Assembly: GCA_965197475.1 (NCBI GenBank)
Contig: CBDANF010000003.1
Span: 704,001-768,000, forward strand
DNA: 64,000 nucleotides
Source of the DNA: Candidatus Poribacteria bacterium
GTDB lineage: Bacteria > Poribacteria > WGA-4E > WGA-3G
Direction: 5' to 3'
How positions within the stretch are numbered: position 1 is the stretch's first letter; each line of letters starts with the position of its first letter. This document shows, one piece after another, positions 58,611 to 64,000 of this stretch. The notes beneath the pieces were generated by a model. The model was given only the letters and a program-made list of their open reading frames with translations. It was not told the DNA's origin and searched no databases. The position numbers and the translations under genes are program-made.

Positions 58611-58640
58611 TTGACAGATTGTAAGATTTTGCTATAAGAT
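58611..58640 (+). promoter_or_regulatory. Sigma70-type promoter
   Basis: TTGACA followed by TGcTATAAG/TAAGAT at 16-18 nt. Confidence 0.5.
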
Positions 58641-58717
58641 TAAGTTCATAAAGCAACTATAGATACGTGCCCCGCTATTCAAAATCTGTTTTATGGGGCT
58701 TTTGAAGGAGCATCACG

Positions 58718-59596
58718 ATGCCCAATCGGGTTAATAAAGCGATTGAATTGTTAGCAGCAGATCAACCGGTTTTCTACACAGGAAGCCACACAGGTGCGGA
58801 TTTAAACTATGATGCGGGTTTCGCAATGGCAAAAACGTGGGCAGATTATATCAATGTCGGCATGGAGCACGGTTGTTTTGATATGTCCGGGTTAGATAGT
58901 TTTATGCGGGGACTTGCAGATGGAGGTCCCACCAATAGTGGACACAAAACACCTGCAGTGATTGTTGAGTTGCCAGTAGACGGAGTGAGTGCGGATGTGA
59001 TCCGCGCCAACGGTTGGCAAATGCGACAACTATTGGCGCGCGGGGTGCATGGTCTGCTGCTCTGCCACGCAGAGTCACCGATGGCAGTTAAAGCATTTGT
59101 AGAGGCGTGCCGTTATCCTTTTCAGGCAATTGGGGTAGGAACGCAATTGGATGTCGGTAGACGCGGTTCCGCCGGGCAGAGTTCCGCCTCACCTATCTGG
59201 GGTGTTTCTGTTGACCAATACCTTGATACCGCTGATCCGTGGCCCTTGAACCCGAACGGCGAATTGCTCCTTGGTCTGAAGTTTGAAAATAAGCGAGCGT
59301 TAGCCAACGTTGAAGTGACCGCACGGGTGCCAGGAATCGCTTTTGCAGAATGGGGTCCAGGTGATATGAGCATGTCGTTCGGTTATAAACATCTACCAAA
59401 CCCGCGTCCACAGGAATTACAGGATGCAAGGGATCGCGTGTTTGCGGCATGCAAATCGGTAGGTCTTAGGTTTTTGGAAAGCATATCGCCAGGGACGATT
59501 GAGGCAAGTATTGATGCTGGTGTGAGAATCTGTGGTTCAGGTGAAGAAACGGCGCGTGTTGGACGTGCTTATGCAGGCAGGACAATGCCTGTCTAA
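58718..59596 (+). CDS. HpcH/HpaI aldolase-family protein
   Basis: MEHG, RYP..G.RG, KFE, GPGDMS.S.G motifs. Confidence 0.8.
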   Translation: MPNRVNKAIELLAADQPVFYTGSHTGADLNYDAGFAMAKTWADYINVGMEHGCFDMSGLDSFMRGLADGGPTNSGHKTPAVIVELPVDGVSADVIRANGWQMRQLLARGVHGLLLCHAESPMAVKAFVEACRYPFQAIGVGTQLDVGRRGSAGQSSASPIWGVSVDQYLDTADPWPLNPNGELLLGLKFENKRALANVEVTARVPGIAFAEWGPGDMSMSFGYKHLPNPRPQELQDARDRVFAACKSVGLRFLESISPGTIEASIDAGVRICGSGEETARVGRAYAGRTMPV

Positions 59597-59635
59597 TTGA
59601 ACTTGGAAAGACCCGTCCAAAAAATGAGGTAAACT

Positions 59636-60370
59636 ATGGCATTAACAGAACAGGAAATGTTAGCAGAATTGCGTAAATTTGACACACCATCAATAACAAA
59701 CGTGGTTGCAACTTATCCGGGAAATCCGCTTTGTCTCGGACTTTACAACCCGTGGACGGAAAATTGGTACACGGACACCACTATCCGTTGCATGTATCCA
59801 GAGTTAGGAGCAGTTGCGGGGTATGCGGTGACATGTGTCTACGGTTTGCCGGACCCTGGTTTTTCTCAGCTTTCTTTCATGGACGTCATTGATGCGTTGG
59901 ACGCATCCAAAAAACCGGCAATTCTGGCATTGCAGCAAAAGTTCCCACCGGAATTAGCAAATAAAGTTGGTTTAGCAGGCGGAAATATGACGGCGGCAAT
60001 GAAATCTGTGGGTTGTTTAGGAGCGGTTTCAAACGGACCTTCGCGCGATATTGATGAAATCCGTCCAATGGAATTTCAATATCTATTGAGTGGGATTTCA
60101 CCCGGTCATGGTGGAATGGCGGTGCAGGCAGTTAATGTCCCTGTCTCTATAGCAGGGATGGATGTGTCACCGGGCGAGATTATCCACATGGATGAGAACG
60201 GAGCATGTAAGTTTCCAGGGGATAAGTTGGAAGCGGTGTTGACAAATGTTAAGGCTTTGCTGAAAGAGGAAGGCGACCGAATTGGGCAATTGTTGTCAGG
60301 CCCAAAAACGGCGAAACAGGTTCGGGCAATTTTCAGTGGGCATTCTTATGCTGAAGACGAGGATGAATAG
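59636..60370 (+). CDS. RraA / HMG-aldolase-family protein
   Basis: DTPSI.N, GYAVT, GGNM, G..RD.DEI, V.PGE..H.DENG motifs. Confidence 0.85.
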   Translation: MALTEQEMLAELRKFDTPSITNVVATYPGNPLCLGLYNPWTENWYTDTTIRCMYPELGAVAGYAVTCVYGLPDPGFSQLSFMDVIDALDASKKPAILALQQKFPPELANKVGLAGGNMTAAMKSVGCLGAVSNGPSRDIDEIRPMEFQYLLSGISPGHGGMAVQAVNVPVSIAGMDVSPGEIIHMDENGACKFPGDKLEAVLTNVKALLKEEGDRIGQLLSGPKTAKQVRAIFSGHSYAEDEDE

Positions 60371-60445
60371 AACACGGCAGAGCAGATATTGTCTGCCGCC
60401 CGAAAACGCGACACTGAGTCGTGATTTCATAAGCAAGGTGAAAAA

Positions 60446-62062
60446 GTGAGAAGTTTTGGAACCCGAGGACGGGTATATCCTAACAAGCACTATATTGTGT
60501 CGCGCACCGAAGAGATAGCGGATTTCATCAATCGCATCAAAGAAGGACGGTACATCGTCCTCTTCGCGCCGCGCCAAACAGGCAAAACTACCTTTTTCCG
60601 ATTCGCTGTTGAGACACTCACAACTGAAGAGCGAAACTATTTCCCAATTCAACTGAATTTTGAGGAGTATGAGGACTACTCCAGTACTGATTTTTATGCC
60701 TCCTTCTACAGAGAAATACGCAAAGAAATTGAGAGAGTTTTTCAAAGACGCGGAGATATTCCTTCAGACGCTTTAACAGAATTCCTTACGGACGCGAAAA
60801 TAATTGATCATATTTCAATGCGAGAGTTTTTTCAACATTTGACAAATTTTCTGGATTCTCAATATGGAATTGAGCAGAAGGTTGTCCTCATCATTGATGA
60901 GTTCGATGCTATCCCTACAGATGCTGTGAAGGGATTTCTTCATTCGCTCCGCTACATCTATTTATCCGATGAGGAACAATGCCCGCACAGTATTAGCATC
61001 GTTGGGGTCAAAAGCATCACGCAACTCAACTATGATCGTTCCATCTCACCTTTCAATATCCAAGATGAGTTCAACTTGTCAAACTTCACTTTGGAACAGT
61101 TGCACGAACTGCTTTCGCAATATACAGATGAAGTTGGCCAAGCCTTCACAACAGAAGTGATTGAAACCCTCCACAAACAGACTGCCGGGCAACCGTTCCT
61201 TGTCAACCGATTTGCGCAGATTCTCACAGAGGAATTAGATATTCCTAAAACAGAAACAATACGGATGGAACACTTTTTAACTGCGCACGCACAGATGCTT
61301 CAAGAACAGAATACCAACATCCAGCACCTTCTAACTAATATTCGTAGGGACCGACGGTTTGAAAAACTTCTCATGAAAATTACCTCTTATGAAAGAGGAG
61401 TACCATTCATTCTTGATAATGAACTCATCAATGAACTTGCTATGTATGGTGTGATTAAGAAAAGCCATGACAGGATGTGTGAAATTGTCAATCCGATCTA
61501 TCAACACCGTATCATGCAAGCATTTAAACCGATAGTAAACGGGTTGGAGGAGACGTATTTTCCTGAAGACTCGGATACAGATTTTATTGATTACATTTCA
61601 TCTTCCGGTGCAATTGAACTGGAAGCACTACTTGACAATTTCAAGGATTTCATTGCACGCGCAGGATTTCGTATATTGCAAGTACCAGAGACACCTAAAG
61701 AATACGTTGGACAAAACTTACTGTACGCCTATCTCGATCAATTTATCCGCATCGTCAACGCCGATATGTTTCTTGAAGTGCAAACTGGACGTGGGAGAAT
61801 CGACCTTCTCATTATCCACAACGGACAAAAATACATTGTTGAAACTAAGATATGGGAAGGAGAAAGGTATTATCAAGCAGGTAAAAAGCAGCTCGTAGCG
61901 TATCTCAAATCTGAAAAAGCTGACGAGGGATACTATGTCGTGTTTGATCACCGCACGAATCCAGAATCGCGCGTTGAAACAGAGACATTAGAGGGAATGA
62001 CAATTCGGAGTTATATAATTCCTGTGATGCAAGAAAAACCTTCATCGGTTTCTCATTTTTAG
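60446..62062 (+). CDS. AAA-like ATPase with a C-terminal PD-(D/E)xK-like nuclease domain
   Basis: APRQTGKTT, LIIDEFD, SPFNI, T.GQP.LV; C-terminal GRIDL...VETKIW...G.KQL..Y; GTG start. Confidence 0.8.
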   Translation: MRSFGTRGRVYPNKHYIVSRTEEIADFINRIKEGRYIVLFAPRQTGKTTFFRFAVETLTTEERNYFPIQLNFEEYEDYSSTDFYASFYREIRKEIERVFQRRGDIPSDALTEFLTDAKIIDHISMREFFQHLTNFLDSQYGIEQKVVLIIDEFDAIPTDAVKGFLHSLRYIYLSDEEQCPHSISIVGVKSITQLNYDRSISPFNIQDEFNLSNFTLEQLHELLSQYTDEVGQAFTTEVIETLHKQTAGQPFLVNRFAQILTEELDIPKTETIRMEHFLTAHAQMLQEQNTNIQHLLTNIRRDRRFEKLLMKITSYERGVPFILDNELINELAMYGVIKKSHDRMCEIVNPIYQHRIMQAFKPIVNGLEETYFPEDSDTDFIDYISSSGAIELEALLDNFKDFIARAGFRILQVPETPKEYVGQNLLYAYLDQFIRIVNADMFLEVQTGRGRIDLLIIHNGQKYIVETKIWEGERYYQAGKKQLVAYLKSEKADEGYYVVFDHRTNPESRVETETLEGMTIRSYIIPVMQEKPSSVSHF

Positions 62063-62072
62063 GGACAGTTCG

Positions 62073-63380
62073 TTATTTTTCAGACGCTTTGCTTTGCCGT
62101 GCCTGCCATACCCACCATAGTATTGCTGGAATGAGTGGAAGAGTAGTCATTCCCCACAAGACAAGACGGACACCAAACATGTCCATCATTGCACCGACGA
62201 TCGCCGTCGCAACAGCACCCATAAGCGTAAAAAGAGCAAACTCAGTGCCAAATATCCGTCCCCGAATCTCGTTAGGGGCACGTTGGAGGAGCAGTTGTGT
62301 TGAAAATACCCAAGCAATTCCCCCACCAACACTCCGGACGAAACCACCGAAAACCACAGTTGTTAGACTCAAAAGCGGTGCAGCAATCGCGAGTCCAACC
62401 GTTCCAATCAAATAACCGAGACTGATGCTCCGTCGAAGCGGTCTATCCCTATCACCTGTCCAATGTCTTGCGACAATAGGTCCTATACCACTGCCAACAC
62501 CGCCCATACAATACATCAATCCTAAACTGATAGCACCACCTTTGCCAATAACGAAGTGAGATTTTGCAATCTCAACCTGTGCAACCATAAATCCAGAAGA
62601 TAAAAGAAGTGCTATGGCTGCTTTATGTAACGATATGAAGAAAATATCAGGATGCCGGAACATATAACGTAGGGTCGTAAACTTTGAACTTCCTCGGACC
62701 TCTGCTTTAGAGTCAGAACGGTTCGGCAGTTTAATCTGTAGCAGAAGTCCAGCGGAAACGAAAAAAGTTAATCCATCGATAATAAAGGCGGTATGAACCC
62801 CAAAGAGTCCTGCTGTGAATCCACCGATAGCGGCACCAAGGGCAAGCATGACTGACCATGTTGTAGCACTCAAGGCATTCGCTGTACCGAGTTCTTGCCG
62901 TGAGGTAAGATCCGGTAGAATTGCACTGCGAGCAGGACTGAAAAAGCCGCTTATCCCAAATAGGAGTGCCACAAGGAAATAAAGCAGCAAGATGTCGTTT
63001 TCGTCTCGGACAAAGAGAAATCCTAAAACAAGTAGTCCTCTTACAATATCCGTAATGATAAGGAGATGCTTTCGGTTGTAGCGATCCGCGCATATCCCAG
63101 CGATCGGGGCTACAAAGAAAGGGGCAAGCATACGGATCGTAAACAACAAACCTAATGCTAACCCTGAATCTGTCAGATTGCGAATCAGTATTGCGGAAGC
63201 GATGATATTAAACCAATCACCTAAGAGACTGACAACCTGTCCTGCCCAAAGCCACCGAAAGTTCGGATTCGTTCGGATCAGTTTAAAGTAACCGACAATT
63301 TTTTCGCGATCTCTCTTTTGAGGATTCTGTTTAATGACTTTATCAGGCATAGTGGCGGCAACTTGTTCTTTGTTGGACAA
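62073..63380 (-). CDS. MFS transporter (DHA3/H+ antiporter-like)
   Basis: FR.LW.GQ.VS.LGDW, G..ADRY.RK motif, about 12 TM segments. Confidence 0.9.
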   Translation of the reverse strand: MSNKEQVAATMPDKVIKQNPQKRDREKIVGYFKLIRTNPNFRWLWAGQVVSLLGDWFNIIASAILIRNLTDSGLALGLLFTIRMLAPFFVAPIAGICADRYNRKHLLIITDIVRGLLVLGFLFVRDENDILLLYFLVALLFGISGFFSPARSAILPDLTSRQELGTANALSATTWSVMLALGAAIGGFTAGLFGVHTAFIIDGLTFFVSAGLLLQIKLPNRSDSKAEVRGSSKFTTLRYMFRHPDIFFISLHKAAIALLLSSGFMVAQVEIAKSHFVIGKGGAISLGLMYCMGGVGSGIGPIVARHWTGDRDRPLRRSISLGYLIGTVGLAIAAPLLSLTTVVFGGFVRSVGGGIAWVFSTQLLLQRAPNEIRGRIFGTEFALFTLMGAVATAIVGAMMDMFGVRLVLWGMTTLPLIPAILWWVWQARQSKASEK

Positions 63381-64000
63381 CTATAACTCCCACCGTTCAT
63401 TGATCGGTTTCTGATAAACCTCAACGTCCCCTGATACTACATCTTCGTAATTGACTGCTTGTCCGCATGCGTTGGATTCGTAGATGGATTCGCAGATTGA
63501 TTTTGCGCGGAGTCCTGCTTCAGCATCCAGTTCCGGTGGACGGTTGTTTTCAATTGCATCTACAAAGTCGTAGCATTCAAGCACTACACCATCGGTGAAA
63601 TTGTGCGGAAAAAGTTGGAGTTTCTGTTCTTCAGAGAGGCTTTCCATATATTCAGAGATGAGACTTTCCATTGCATAGTGGGAACCATCCTTGAGAATTA
63701 CTTCTGCACCATCAAACGGTCCGTGGAAAATATCCCCATTATCAAGCAGACACCCCTCGCTCCCATAATAAACGACGTGATTAAACCCGTGTCCAACTGC
63801 TGCCCATGTGCATGTCCACAGTCCGATGACGCCGTTTTCGAAGTTAATTGTCACCACCCACGTGTCCTCTTGTTCGTTCTTAACAATCTCACCAGCCTTT
63901 GTAGCCTCAAGATTCTCAAATTGACAGACGCGTCCATAAACGGTGGTAGGATCGCCAAAGAGAAAACGTAAAGTATCGCAATAATGTGCGCCGGAGTCCA
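63381..64000 (-). CDS. Gfo/Idh/MocA oxidoreductase, C-terminal part (5' end lies outside the window)
   Basis: Frame open to the window edge: DSGAHYCDTLRFLFG...EDT...FENG..G...YGSEG. Confidence 0.8.
   Translation of the reverse strand, partial: DSGAHYCDTLRFLFGDPTTVYGRVCQFENLEATKAGEIVKNEQEDTWVVTINFENGVIGLWTCTWAAVGHGFNHVVYYGSEGCLLDNGDIFHGPFDGAEVILKDGSHYAMESLISEYMESLSEEQKLQLFPHNFTDGVVLECYDFVDAIENNRPPELDAEAGLRAKSICESIYESNACGQAVNYEDVVSGDVEVYQKPINERWEL

Overview
A 64-kb stretch of bacterial chromosome with about 50 CDSs, one tRNA-Asn(GTT) and one IS5-family element. LamG proteins with a GKLATTW tail, paired Uma2 genes, a PhyH dioxygenase and a DUF6785-type membrane protein suggest a Poribacteria-like organism (inference). 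Housekeeping genes include nadC, lpxB, lpxK, argC, aroQ, copA and dppBC-like permeases. Accessory loci include an MTase-REase-MTase trio, an AlgI/AlgJ-type O-acetylation cluster and a Fic gene. Two things stand out. (1) There are two tandem dnaN genes outside the dnaA operon, and the downstream copy has changed mainly the residues lining the clamp's partner-binding pocket. (2) The intergenic DNA holds a nested system of non-autonomous elements. Short TIR-bounded shells sit at TAA/TTA sites and carry interchangeable GTAG-type REP hairpins, and a 33-34 bp micro-hairpin interrupts the loops of some of those hairpins. The elements stack head to tail, create promoter motifs, separate an RBS from its start codon and replace one gene's C-terminus. 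All protein calls come from motifs read by eye; no database searches were run.
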